Shown piece after piece: positions 1 to 12,800 of a DNA stretch of 51,400 bases. Under the pieces are notes generated by a model. The model did no database searches and was not told where the DNA came from. It saw only the letters and a program-made list of their open reading frames with translations. Each line of letters begins with the position of its first letter. Positions within the stretch are counted from its first letter, which is position 1. A program made the translations under genes and the position numbers. Source of the stretch: Bradymonadia bacterium (GTDB taxonomy: Bacteria > Myxococcota_A > Bradymonadia > UBA7976 > UBA1532); the NCBI GenBank assembly GCA_046290225.1, contig JBKAGE010000062.1, positions 1 to 51,400 on the forward strand. The letters run 5' to 3'.

Positions 1-434
1 ACTGATGCAGGAGCGCCGGATGCGGGAGATCCGCACGTCCGGTGCGATGGGGGGCGGGCAACGCGGTACTACGCCGCGACCCGCCTACCCTACCGGGGCA
101 CGTGCATGACATTTCTCCGACTTATAAGATGACAGAATCGAGGACGCCCATTGTGTATAAGGCATCAGTCCACGTGGGTGTGGGCCATTCGCTACAGATA
201 TCACAAACTCATCATCTATCGAGTCATCACTCAATGAGATGAAAAGCCTCTAACAAAGCTGGAGCGGACGCATGCACGTGCCTCGCGGAGGCGCGGAGGT
301 GGCGACAGTCGTCGTGAGGTCGGTGAGGTCGTGTGCAGGCGCGGGTTTTCACCCGCAGGCGCAGCGAAGGCTTTTGCCAGCGCTGCGCCGAGGACGGAAA
401 AATCGTGCCTGTGCGCGAAATCGCCGGCGTCACG

Positions 435-496
435 GCGGCTGGCGCCGCCGCAGCGCCGTAGCAAAGAGCGGCTGGCGCCGCCGCAGCGCCGGAGCA
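435..496. repeat. Tandem 29-bp GC-rich direct repeat (2 copies, 33-bp period) immediately downstream of the glnA stop codon
   Basis: gcggctggcgccgccgcagcgccg(t/g)agca at 435-463 and 468-496, one mismatch. Confidence 0.8.
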
Positions 497-1924
<1,428 letters not shown>

Positions 1925-2031
1925 GTTCGTGTTCCCTTGGATTGCCCGGTGAGCCCTGAGCGGCGTCTGCAGGTGTCTTCACCGGCGAGTTTGGCGTGGG
2001 CCCCGTGTGGCGCCCACGGGTGTTGAACTGT

Positions 2032-2466
<435 letters not shown>

Positions 2467-2687
2467 CTAAAGCCTTTTTTGAGGGGAAACAGGACCTTCG
2501 GGCGTTTCGAGGGGATTGTGCGGCGAGCCCGAAAATGCGATTGAGCGGCCCCACCTCAGACCGCTGAACAGCTCATCAGGCGGCACCTTTTGAGAATCGC
2601 TGGGGTGTTTACATGCAGTCACGCCGCCTGTTGACAGTTATGACATGTGTGACACGGTCCCGAGACCGTGATCAGGGACGAGACGAG

Positions 2688-4532
2688 ATGCGCATTGCCA
2701 GTCCTCGATGCCTCTCCTGGGCATCACTCCTCACCGTCACTCTGACCGGCGCGTTGATCGGTTGTGGCGGCTCCACCGGCGCCCCGAAGGCCGAGAAGAT
2801 CACCCCCAAGTCGGCCAAGGCCTTCGCCGAGCGGGTGCACGCTGATCTCAAGCAGTTGTGGGCCGACGCCGCCCGCGCCGAGTGGGTCGCGGAGACCTAC
2901 ATCACCGACGACACCGGCCAGCTCGCCGCCGCCGCTCACGAGAAGGTGCTCGCCTACAACACCAAGGCCATCCAGGAGGCTGCGCGGTACAACGGGCTCA
3001 AGCTCGACCAGTTCACCGCCCGCACCCTCTACCTGCTCAAGATCTCGTCTGCGGCCCCTGCGCCGAGCGATCCCGAGCAGCGGGGCGCCCTCGCTCAGAC
3101 GCTGTCCCAGATGGGTGCGACTTATGGCAAGGGGAAGTGGTGCCCGGAGGGCAAGACCGACGAGGGCTGCCTCGATCTCGGCCAGCTCTCGAAGACCATG
3201 GCCCGCAGTCGCGACTACGACGAGCAGCTCCAGGCGTGGCTGCGATGGCGGACCGTGTCTCCGGCCATCAAGCCTCTCTATGAGCAGTTCGTGCGTCTCG
3301 CCAACGCCGGGGCCAAGGAGATCGGGTTCACCGATCTCGGCGATCTGTGGCGCTCGGGCTACGACATGCCTGCCCCGCAGTTCGAGGCCGAGGCCGAGCG
3401 GCTGTGGCAGCAGGTGCGTCCGCTCTACGAGTCACTGCACTGCCACGTGCGGGCCAAGCTCGCCGAGCAGTACCCCGACAAGGTGAAGGCCGACGGTACC
3501 CTGCCGGCCCACCTCATGGGCAACATGTGGGCTCAAGAATGGTCCAACCTCTACGCCAGCATGGAGCCGTTCCCCGGCAAGGTCAGCCTCGACGTCACCG
3601 GCGCCCTTGAGTCCCAGAAGTGGGGGGCGAAGAAGATGGTGAAGGTGGGCGAAGACTTCTTCACCGGCCTCGGCATGAAAGATCTGCCCGAGAGCTTCTA
3701 TCAGCGCTCGATGCTCACCCAGCCCCGAGATCGAGACGTGGTGTGTCACGCCAGCGCCTGGGACGTCACCTACGACAACGACGTGCGCATCAAGATGTGC
3801 ATCAAGCCCACTGAAGAAGACCTCATCACGATCCACCACGAGCTGGGGCACATCTATTACTACCAGTACTACCACCAGCTGCCCGTGCTCTTTCAGAACG
3901 GCGCCCATGACGGGTTCCACGAGGCCATCGGCGATGCGCTCGCGCTGTCGGTCACCCCGAGCTACCTGAAAGATCTCGGCCTGCTCACCGAGGTGCCCAG
4001 CGACGAAGAGGGCCTGCTCAACGTGCAGTTCAAGACCGCCCTCGACAAGATCGCCTTCCTGCCCTTCGGCCGCATGATCGATCAGTGGCGGTGGGATGTG
4101 TTCAGCGGCAAGGTGAAGCCCGGCGACTGGAACGCTCACTGGTGGACGCTGCGGGCCAAGTACCAGGGCCTGCACGCCCCTGTGGAGCGCCCCGCCGACG
4201 CCTTCGACCCGGGGGCGAAGTACCACATTCCTGCGAACACGCCCTATGTGCGGTACTTCCTGTCGTTCATCATCCAGTTCCAGTTCTACAAGGCCCTGTG
4301 CGAGGCCTCGGGGCACACCGGCCCGCTGCACACCTGCAACTTCGCCGGGAGCAAGGCTGCCGGCGACAAGCTGTCCGCCATGTTGAAGATGGGGGCCAGC
4401 AAGCCCTGGCCCGAGGCCATGAAGGCCCTCACCGGTCAGGAGAAGATGAGCGCCGAGGCGTTGCTGGAGTACTTCCAGCCGCTGAAGGGCTGGCTCGACG
4501 AGCAGAACAAGGGCAGGACCTGCGGCTGGTGA
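2688..4532 (+). CDS. M2 family metallopeptidase (angiotensin-converting-enzyme-like peptidyl-dipeptidase), probable lipoprotein
   Basis: HHELGH zinc motif with downstream EAIGD; ACE signatures PAHLMGNMWAQEW, VVCHASAWD, RIKMC, IAFLPFG, FDPGAKYHIP..TPYVRYF; N-terminal hydrophobic stretch and lipobox LIGC. Start ATG 2688 preferred over 2613. Confidence 0.93.
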   Translation: MRIASPRCLSWASLLTVTLTGALIGCGGSTGAPKAEKITPKSAKAFAERVHADLKQLWADAARAEWVAETYITDDTGQLAAAAHEKVLAYNTKAIQEAARYNGLKLDQFTARTLYLLKISSAAPAPSDPEQRGALAQTLSQMGATYGKGKWCPEGKTDEGCLDLGQLSKTMARSRDYDEQLQAWLRWRTVSPAIKPLYEQFVRLANAGAKEIGFTDLGDLWRSGYDMPAPQFEAEAERLWQQVRPLYESLHCHVRAKLAEQYPDKVKADGTLPAHLMGNMWAQEWSNLYASMEPFPGKVSLDVTGALESQKWGAKKMVKVGEDFFTGLGMKDLPESFYQRSMLTQPRDRDVVCHASAWDVTYDNDVRIKMCIKPTEEDLITIHHELGHIYYYQYYHQLPVLFQNGAHDGFHEAIGDALALSVTPSYLKDLGLLTEVPSDEEGLLNVQFKTALDKIAFLPFGRMIDQWRWDVFSGKVKPGDWNAHWWTLRAKYQGLHAPVERPADAFDPGAKYHIPANTPYVRYFLSFIIQFQFYKALCEASGHTGPLHTCNFAGSKAAGDKLSAMLKMGASKPWPEAMKALTGQEKMSAEALLEYFQPLKGWLDEQNKGRTCGW

Positions 4533-4569
4533 GCCGCAGAGAGTAGGGGCAGGGCACCAGGGGGGTGGC

Positions 4570-7500
4570 TTACTCGTCCGCAGCAGGGTCCAACGGGCCC
4601 ATGCGCTGATACACCACACGCTCGTAGTTGCTGCCAGAGCTTCGGGTGCTGCCGCAGCGATAACCATCGTTCATGCGTCGACCGCCAGTGTGCCAGCAGA
4701 TACGATCGTCATCGTCGAGATTGTTGGTGTCGCAGCTGTTCCGGTTCACCGCGCCGCCTTCTGGTGCAAAGCCCCAGGAGCGATCGTCGCTGAAGTACCA
4801 GTTTACGCCGTTGTGCTCATTGATCGGGCTGCGGATGTCGGCTGTGTCGAGCAGCACGAACTCGCGCTCCCCCATTGCGCCGACGCGGAAATCCGGCTCG
4901 CCCACCTCGCGACAGCCCATGAAGAGTACATCACCGTCACAGGCGGCGACGATGTCGGCGATGAAGCTCTCTTCGTCGTCGTAGTCGTTCACGTAGCAGG
5001 GCACGAAACCCCCATCGAGCAGCTCGAGGTCGGGGATCCCGTTGCCCACCCCGGAGATGAAGTAGGGCGGCTGGGGCATATCGTCGCCGGCGGCGAGGGG
5101 ATCAGTGCCATCTTCGTCCACCTCCTGGCCATCACGGGCGCCGCCGCCGTCGGTGTCGCGGTTGTTCGGATCGGTGCCCAGGGCGACCTCGCGGTCGTCG
5201 TTGAGCAAGTCTCCGTCGGTGTCGGCGCTCAGCGGTGAGCTGCCGGCCTCGAACTCCTGCAGGTTGGTCAGGTTGTCGCCGTCGAGATCGTCGGCGCTGT
5301 CGTCGTTGTTGATGGCGTCGAGCTCATACTGAAGCTCGAAGGCATCGCTGAGGCCGTCGCTGTCGGTGTCGGCGAGGATCGGGCTGGTGCCGAAGTTGTT
5401 CACCTCGGCGCCGTCGGTGAGGCCGTCGTCGTCGGTGTCGGGCGCCGTGGGGTCCGAGCCGAGGTTGGCCTCTTCGCCGTCTTCAAGGCCGTCGTCGTCG
5501 GTGTCGGCATCGAGGGGGTCCGTTGCCGGATCGCCATCGATCTCGGCGCCGTCGAGCACGCCGTCTCGATCGGTGTCGTCGCGGTCAGGGCGGGTGCCCT
5601 CGGCCTGCTCCTCGAGGTTGGTGAGGCCGTCCATATCGGGATCGAGGCCCTCTTCACCGGCGGTGAGGGGGTCGAAGCCGTAGCGGGCCTCGAAGCCGTC
5701 GAGCAGACCATCGTCATCGGAGTCAGGATCTGCCGGATCGGTGCCCAGGGCAGCCTCGTCGGCGTCGCTCAGGCCATCTTCGTCAGCGTCGATGGACACA
5801 TTGAAGTTGATGATGTCGTCGAGCACGTCCACCGGGATGCCGAAGAGGGCCACGTCGGCGCTGAGCATCTCGAGAGTCTCGATGTTCTCCAGGGCCGCCG
5901 CAAGACTGCCGTTCTGGGCGGCGAAGTGCATGATGGCCACCCGCTCGCCGGGCCGAACCGTCGTGGTGTAGCGCCAGAGCAGATCATCTTCGTCCTGTCG
6001 CACGAAGTCCGGGGGCACGATGGCCCCAGGGCCGTAGTAGTAGTGCAACATCGTGGGATCCTCGGTGATGTCTTCGTCATCAGTGATGAACCACATGTCT
6101 TCGATGCCCGCAGTGCCATCGCCGCTGTCGTCGGCGGCGATGTACGTGTCGCTGTCGGAGCCCAGATTGGTGTCGAGCTCCACGGTGATGTCGATGGCCT
6201 CTTCCGTGGGGTTCTCGATCAGCTCGATGTAGCGCAGGAAGCCCACCCCCTCAGCGTCAGGCACATAGAGGTGCCGGCTCACTTGCAGGCCATCCATGTC
6301 GACGGGACCGATGAGCATGATCCGGCCGTCGAAGCCCCCAGGGCCCCGAGCGAAGTCCTGGCTGGGGAAGTCGGTGTCGTTGATGATGAGATCGAGGCCG
6401 CCGTCGTAGGCGTCGCTGGTGCCATCGTCCACCTGGCCGTCATCCTCGATGTCCCAGAGGAAGCCCAGCCCATCAACGAAGTCGAAGTCGAACTCGAAGT
6501 AGGGAATGTCATCGGTGGCATCAGTGCCATCGGTGCCATCTTCGATCTCAAGGCCGTCGGGGGTGCCGCCGCCGTCGGTGTCGGCGAGTGCGGGGTTCAG
6601 GGGCGGATCGAGGGCCAGTTCTGCGGCGTCTTCGATGCCATCATCATCGCTGTCGTTGCTGTTGGGATCAGTGCCCAGCTCGAACTCGCGCACGTTGGTC
6701 AGGCCGTCTTCGTCCGCGTCCAGCTCGGCGTCGGCAGGATCGAGCGGATCGAGATCGCCGTCACGCTCGAAGCCATCGGACATGCCATCTTCGTCGGTGT
6801 CAGCCACATTGGGATCAGTGCCCAGCGCTTCGAGCTCTTCCCTGTCGTCCACTCCATCACCATCGGTGTCGGCCCGAGCGGCGTCGATGCCGATCCACTG
6901 CTCGTCGATGTCGGAGATGCCGTCACCATCAGTGTCGGGGTTGCCGGCGTTGGTGCCGAGGAGCTCTTCGATGAAGTTGCTCAGGCCATCTTCATCAGAG
7001 TCCAGATCGCCGTCCGCCATGTTCGGGTCCGTACCCAGGAGGAGCTCTGTACGATCGTTCACGCCGTCGCCGTCGGTGTCCGGGTTGGCGGGATCCATAC
7101 CGAGGGCCATCTCGCGCTCATCCGAGACGCCGTCACCGTCCGTGTCAACGCCGGCCTGCCAGTTCACCACGGTGGCGCGGGTGTCTTCGTCGAGATCGGC
7201 CATGTAGGCGAAAGGATCAGCGGCGATGGCAGAGATTTGCTCGGTGGCGGCTGCGACATTGCTTTGCTGGGTGAGGAACCAGACCACCCGGCGAGTCTCC
7301 CCGGGGAGCACCGTCACAGTGCGGGACCATTCGAAGGTGTCATTCGAACGACGGTTGAAGAACTCGATGAAGGCCTCTGCGCCGGGATCACCATATGCAT
7401 GACCGATGGTGGGATCTCCACCACGGCCGTCATCGGTGACGAACCAGGTGTCGGCGGCACTCGGTGACTCGGCGCCGGTGCTGGTGCCTTCGATTTGAGT

Positions 7501-9672
7501 GTTGCTGTCGGAGCCGAGATTGCCGTCGTGATAGACCTCCACCGTGATGGGGGCCTCAGTGTTGTTGGTCAGCTCCTCGATGACCCGGCCGTAGCTGTCC
7601 TCAGCGGGCACGAAGTAGCGACGCACCACTTCGAGGTCTGCGAGGGTGGCAGGGCCCATGGTGAAGTGGCGACCGTCATCGGAGAGGATGCCTTCACCGA
7701 GGCGGGGGAAGTCTTCTCCGCCCACTCGGATCTCGGCGTAGCCGTCGAAGGCGTCGTTGGTGCCATCGCTCCACTCGCCATCGCTGTCGATGTCCCACTC
7801 GAAGTTGAGTCCATCGAAGAGCTCGTAGTTTGTGCCCTGCACGTTGAGCCTCGATTCGCGATCGAGGGGGTCAGTGCCTTCGTTGCGGACCTCTTGGAAG
7901 TCGGTGCGGCCGTCACCGTCAGAGTCGACGAGCGCAGGATCAGTGCCGAGTTCCATCTCCTCATCGTCGGTGAGGCCGTCGTTGTCGAGGTCTACATCAC
8001 AGGCGTCGCCCTCGCCGTCACCGTCAGCATCTTCCTGAGCGGGATCAGACACGCCGGGGCACACATCTGCGTTGTCGCAGACGCCATCTGCGTCCTCGTC
8101 GAGGGTGAAGCTCTCGGGATCGAGGGGGTCGGTGTTGCAGGCGGCTTCGCCGGCGTTGCTCACACCATCGCCATCGGCGTCGGCGTCGCAGGCGTCACCT
8201 GCGCCGTCACCATCAGTGTCGATTTGACCTTCGTTGGTGACGGCGGGGCAGTTGTCGCAGGCATCACCATAGGCGTCGCCGGGGGCTTCGCAGATGAAGG
8301 GCAGGTTGCCACAGGGGGTGTCGTTCCAGGTGCCATCGGTCCGCAGCTCGGCGCAGTCCTCGCCGGCGTTTCCGGCATCATTGGGCTCTCCACCTCGCCA
8401 GCGATCATAGGTCACCGAACTACCGTCCACCCAGAGGAAGTTGCCTTCGATCAGGGCGTCGGTGAGGCCGATCCGGTACGTGCGATCTATGCTCGTTCGG
8501 AGGAACTCATTCTCGGTGTCGTCGTTGATGATGACCAGATCGCCACCGTACTGCTGGCAGAACGCGCGGCCATCCTCGTACGAGCGCTGCTCGGCGCAGA
8601 TCAGGTAGGGCTTGCCCGCTGGGCTCGACACATAGACGCAGCTCGTCGCGGCCTGACAGGCCTCTGCGTCGCCGCAGTTGAAGGCGTTGCTGCCATCGGA
8701 GTTGAGCTGGTCGTTGTTGGCGACGGTGGGGCAGTTGTCGACGTCATCGGCGAAGTCGTCGTTGTCGTCGTTGTCGTCGCAGACATCGCCCATACCGTCT
8801 TCGTCGGTGTCGAGCTGGTCGGCGTTGCTGTCGGCAGGGCAGTTGTCGCAGACGTCTCCCAGGCCGTCGCCATCGGCGTCGGCCTGATCGGCGTTGCTGT
8901 CGGCAGGGCAGTTGTCGTAGGCGTCGCAGAAGCCATCTTCGTCGGTGTCGCTCGGCAGGCTCTCGGCATCGAACGAATCGCTGCCACAGGCGTACTCGAT
9001 GCGGTTGAGCACGCTGTCGCCGTCGCGATCGTCGTCACAGAGATCGCCGTCGCCGTCGATGTCGGTGTCGGCCTGATCAGGGTTGGCCACGTTCACGCAG
9101 TTGTCGATGGGGTCGCACACGTCGTCGCCGTCTGCGTCCGGGGGGATGCTCTCGGCGCTCGCCGGATCGGTCCGGCAGATGCCCTCGGTGGAGTTGTCGA
9201 AGCCGTCGCCGTCGATGTCTTCGTCGCAGGCGTCGCCGAGGTTGTCGCCGTCGAGATCGCTCTGATCTGGGGTCGGGAGCTCGGGGCAGTTGTCACAGGC
9301 GTCGCCGATGCCGTCCTCGTCCCCGTCGTCCTGATCGGGGTTGGCGTCGTTGACGCAGTTGTCCACGTCATCGCAGATCTCGTCGCCGTCGGTGTCGCCA
9401 GGGCCCTCGCACGGATCTGGGGGCATGCCCCCCATTCCACCCACGCCACCGACGTCGCCGCCAGCGCCACCGACGTCGCCGCCAGCGCCACCGACGTCGC
9501 CGCCCATGCCGCCGGTCTCGCCCCCTGCACCGCCGGCTTCTCCTCCCATACCGCCGGTGACCTGGGCATCAGGATCGCCTTCATTGCCGCCGCTATCATC
9601 GTCATCACAGCCAGCGCCCCAGAGTGCCAGGGCCAGCACCAGGGCTGCGTGGATCGAGTGGGTGTGCTTCAC
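4570..9672 (-). CDS. Giant Ca-binding TSP3-repeat / C-type lectin surface lipoprotein, paralog 1 (~1700 aa)
   Basis: Lipobox LWGAGC; Gly-rich linker; thrombospondin type-3 repeats (DxDxDGxGDxCDNCP); C-type lectin domain (IGLTD..EGNFLW, EPN, EDC, WND); bacterial TSP3-type DxDxDG..GTDP repeats; two FxWDIxxDG..DA(F/Y)DG domains; Cys-rich C-terminal domain. GTG start at 9672 or 9678. Confidence 0.9.
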   Translation of the reverse strand: MKHTHSIHAALVLALALWGAGCDDDDSGGNEGDPDAQVTGGMGGEAGGAGGETGGMGGDVGGAGGDVGGAGGDVGGVGGMGGMPPDPCEGPGDTDGDEICDDVDNCVNDANPDQDDGDEDGIGDACDNCPELPTPDQSDLDGDNLGDACDEDIDGDGFDNSTEGICRTDPASAESIPPDADGDDVCDPIDNCVNVANPDQADTDIDGDGDLCDDDRDGDSVLNRIEYACGSDSFDAESLPSDTDEDGFCDAYDNCPADSNADQADADGDGLGDVCDNCPADSNADQLDTDEDGMGDVCDDNDDNDDFADDVDNCPTVANNDQLNSDGSNAFNCGDAEACQAATSCVYVSSPAGKPYLICAEQRSYEDGRAFCQQYGGDLVIINDDTENEFLRTSIDRTYRIGLTDALIEGNFLWVDGSSVTYDRWRGGEPNDAGNAGEDCAELRTDGTWNDTPCGNLPFICEAPGDAYGDACDNCPAVTNEGQIDTDGDGAGDACDADADGDGVSNAGEAACNTDPLDPESFTLDEDADGVCDNADVCPGVSDPAQEDADGDGEGDACDVDLDNDGLTDDEEMELGTDPALVDSDGDGRTDFQEVRNEGTDPLDRESRLNVQGTNYELFDGLNFEWDIDSDGEWSDGTNDAFDGYAEIRVGGEDFPRLGEGILSDDGRHFTMGPATLADLEVVRRYFVPAEDSYGRVIEELTNNTEAPITVEVYHDGNLGSDSNTQIEGTSTGAESPSAADTWFVTDDGRGGDPTIGHAYGDPGAEAFIEFFNRRSNDTFEWSRTVTVLPGETRRVVWFLTQQSNVAAATEQISAIAADPFAYMADLDEDTRATVVNWQAGVDTDGDGVSDEREMALGMDPANPDTDGDGVNDRTELLLGTDPNMADGDLDSDEDGLSNFIEELLGTNAGNPDTDGDGISDIDEQWIGIDAARADTDGDGVDDREELEALGTDPNVADTDEDGMSDGFERDGDLDPLDPADAELDADEDGLTNVREFELGTDPNSNDSDDDGIEDAAELALDPPLNPALADTDGGGTPDGLEIEDGTDGTDATDDIPYFEFDFDFVDGLGFLWDIEDDGQVDDGTSDAYDGGLDLIINDTDFPSQDFARGPGGFDGRIMLIGPVDMDGLQVSRHLYVPDAEGVGFLRYIELIENPTEEAIDITVELDTNLGSDSDTYIAADDSGDGTAGIEDMWFITDDEDITEDPTMLHYYYGPGAIVPPDFVRQDEDDLLWRYTTTVRPGERVAIMHFAAQNGSLAAALENIETLEMLSADVALFGIPVDVLDDIINFNVSIDADEDGLSDADEAALGTDPADPDSDDDGLLDGFEARYGFDPLTAGEEGLDPDMDGLTNLEEQAEGTRPDRDDTDRDGVLDGAEIDGDPATDPLDADTDDDGLEDGEEANLGSDPTAPDTDDDGLTDGAEVNNFGTSPILADTDSDGLSDAFELQYELDAINNDDSADDLDGDNLTNLQEFEAGSSPLSADTDGDLLNDDREVALGTDPNNRDTDGGGARDGQEVDEDGTDPLAAGDDMPQPPYFISGVGNGIPDLELLDGGFVPCYVNDYDDEESFIADIVAACDGDVLFMGCREVGEPDFRVGAMGEREFVLLDTADIRSPINEHNGVNWYFSDDRSWGFAPEGGAVNRNSCDTNNLDDDDRICWHTGGRRMNDGYRCGSTRSSGSNYERVVYQRMGPLDPAADE

Positions 9673-9712
9673 GTGCACCTCTCCCTCTTCAATGGACAGA
9701 TCGTGTGTGAGT

Positions 9713-9746
9713 ACCCCTAACGGAGATCGGGGGTGGCTCGCAAACT
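9713..9746 (-). promoter_or_regulatory. Conserved 34-bp upstream element of lectin paralog 1 (putative promoter or operator)
   Basis: 30/34 identical to 14995-15028 upstream of paralog 2 while flanks diverge; coding strand AGTTTGCGAGCCACCCCCGATCTCCGTTAGGGGT. Confidence 0.5.
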
Positions 9747-9805
9747 GAGTGGTGTGAGGGGTCGGTGGAAGCAGGTGGGGGGCTTGAGGTGAGTCTCGAG
9801 GCGGA

Positions 9806-12800
9806 TCAGGGCTCGGGGTTCACCACGAGAGGCAAGGGGCGCTGGAAGATGACGCGCTCGAAGCCGTTGTTGCCGTTGAGACCTGTGTTGGAGCCACAAC
9901 GCCAGCCGCCATTGAAGTTACCACCGCTCGTGTGCCAGCACAGGCGGTCATTGCGATCACGGTTGTTGGTGTCGCAGGAGTTGCGGCTCAGCGCCTCACC
10001 GGCAGGACCGAAGCCCCAGGAGTAGGTGTTGCTGAAGTACCAGTTGAGTCCGTTGTGCTCGTTCGTCGGGTTGTTCTCACGGCCCGAGTCCTGGAGGATC
10101 ACCTCGCGCTCACCCATGGCGGCCACCTGGAAGGTCTCTGCCCCTACAGGCCGACATGCAAGCATCAGCACCGGGCTGCTGCACTCCTCGAGCACGCTGG
10201 CGACCGACGTGCCCCCTTGGCCATAGAGGCCTGAGAAGCACTGCTCGAAGCCACCATTGATGATGTCGATCTCATCCACATCGTTGGCGGCGCCCTCGAA
10301 GTAGAGGAAGGGGGGCACGATGTCGTCGGCGGGGTTGAGCGGGTCGGTGCCGTCCTCGTTCACCTCCCAGCCGTCGATGGTGCCGCCGTTGTCCGTGTCG
10401 CTGTCGAAAGGATCAGTACCGTGCACGTTCACCTCGGCGCCGTCGTTGAGACGGTCGTTATCCGTGTCGGCGTCCGCTGGATCCGTGCCGAGGTTGAACT
10501 CCGCCAGGTTGGTGAGGCCATCGTCGTCGAGGTCACCTGCTGCGTCGTCCACCGTGGGGTCGAGGCCTGCGTCGACCTCGAAGAGGTCACCCATGCCATC
10601 ATCATCGGTGTCAGCGAGGGCAGGGTTTGTGCCCAGGACGAGGACCTCGACGTCGTCGGTGATGCCGTCATCATCGGTGTCGGCCACGGTGGGATCGCTG
10701 CCTGCTTCGATCTCGGCACCATCCCGGAGGCCGTCACCATCAGTGTCGACGGTGAGGGGGTTCGAGGCGGGATCACCGTTGATTTCGGCGCCGTCGTTGA
10801 GGCCGTCGCCATCGGTGTCGGCGTTGTTGGGGTCGGTGCCGTTGGCCTGCTCTTCGAGGTTGGTGAGATCGTCGGCGTCGGGATCCTGGCCTTGCTCACC
10901 GCCTACGAGGGGGTCGAAGCCGTTGCGGACCTCGAAGCCATCGAGCAAGCCGTCATTGTCGGTGTCCTGATCGTTGGCGTCAGTGCCCGCGATGGCCTCG
11001 TCCTGATCGCTCAGGCCGTCGCCATCAGCGTCGTCGAAGGCGTTGAAGTTCACGATGTCGGCCCGAATGTCGTCAGACAACGCCACGAGGGCGTAATCAC
11101 TCGACAGCTCTTCGAGCATGGCGATTTGAGCTTGAGCGTCGGCGTTGTTGGCGTTCTGGCTGGCAAAGTGCATCAGCACCACCCGGCTGTTCGCCGGCAC
11201 CAGCACCGTGTAGGTCCAGTCGAGATCGTCTTCGTTCTGCGTCAGCACGCTCGGTTGTACTGCGGCGTCAGCCCCCCAGACGTAGTGCAGCATCGAAGGC
11301 TCGCCTTCGCCATCCTGACCATCGTCAGTGATGAGCCACTGGTCTGCGATGTCCACAGCGCTGCTGCCATCGCTGTCGGCGATGAGCGTGGCGTTCGAGC
11401 CCAGGTTCGTGTCCAGGGCCACGTCCACCTCGATGGGGGCCTCAGTGGGGTTCTCGATGATCTCGGTGAAGCGGGCGAAAGCTGCGCCTTCGAGCTCAGG
11501 GATGTAGATCTGGCGCGTCACCACCAGCTCGTCGATGGTGACGGGGCCCAGGCGTACCAGTCGACCGTCGAAGCCCGGCTCCAGGATGCCATTGCCCTGA
11601 CTGGGGTAGCGGGTACCATCCACGACGAGGTCCAGGCCGCCGTCATATGCGTTGTTCGAGCCGTCTCGGATGCGGCCGTCGTTACGGATGTCCCACTCGA
11701 AGCCCGCGCCGTCGAAGAGCACGTAATCGAAGTTCACCCGGACGATGTCGTCCGACGGATCCAACGGATCGGTGAGGTCGGTCTCGAACTCCAGGCCATC
11801 AGGGGTGCCGCCACCATCTGTGTCGGCGTTGGCCGGGTCGAGAGGCGGATCGAGGTTGAGCTCGACGTTGTCGTCGAGGCCGTCACCATCCGAGTCGGTG
11901 TTTCGAGGGTTGGTGCCCAGCTCCGCCTCGCGCACGTTGCTCAGGCCGTCCTCGTCGGCGTCGAGCTCTGCGTCGGCGGGATCGAGGGGGTTGAGGTCGT
12001 ACTGCGCCTCGAAGCCGTCGGGCATACCATCGTCGTCGGAGTCAGGGTTCAGCGGGTCGGTGCCCAGGTTGTCGATCTCGTCGTTGTCGTCAGCGCCATC
12101 GCCATCCGTGTCGGCGAGGGCCGGGTTGAGGCCCAGCTCCAGCTCGACGCCGTCTTCGATGCCATCACCGTCGGAATCTGAGCTCAGCGGATCAGTGCCC
12201 AGCATCGATTCCTGGGCGGCGCCGAGGCCATCGTTGTCTACGTCGACGTCAGGGTCGGCCACGTTGGGATCGCTGCCAGCGAGGAACTCGGCGCCATCAT
12301 CGACACCGTCTTCGTCGGTGTCGGCTACGGCGGGGTCGGAGCCGAAGATGGCTTCGAGGTCGTCGTTGAGGCCATCACCGTCAGTGTCAGGGCGCAGGGG
12401 CCAGTTCAGAATGGTGGCCTGCGTCGCCTCGTCCAGGCCTCCCAAGTAAGCCGAAGGATCTTCAGCGATGGCGGAGATGCGGGCCGTGGCGGAGGCCACA
12501 TCGCCCTGCTGGGTCACGAACCAGAGCAAGCGCACCGTCTGACCACCACCGATGACGAAACGTCGGGTCGCCCACTCCACCTCATCTTCGTCAGAGGCAT
12601 CCTGGTTCGACAGGCGCAGCAAGGCCTCGGGGGAGCCATATGCGTGGCCGATCGTGGGATCATCGTTGGGGCCGTCGTCGGTGACAAACCACGCATCGTC
12701 GACGTTGACGATGAGGTCGCCCGTGCTGCTGGCCTCGATGCGGGTGTCCTCATCGGAGCCGAGATCACCGTCGTAGTCGATGGTGGCGATGTAGGCTTCG

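Noticed and set aside
1..300. Short ORFs at the left edge (42-242, 227-433, 231-497)
   Set aside because: No recognisable motif or RBS; probably intergenic or truncated context.
1925..2031. Possible glutamine (glnA) riboswitch in the glnB-glnA spacer; hairpins at 1946-1985 and 1995-2018
   Set aside because: Stems exist, but I cannot see the conserved core of the glnA riboswitch motif, and short stems are expected in GC-rich DNA. An Infernal search would settle it.
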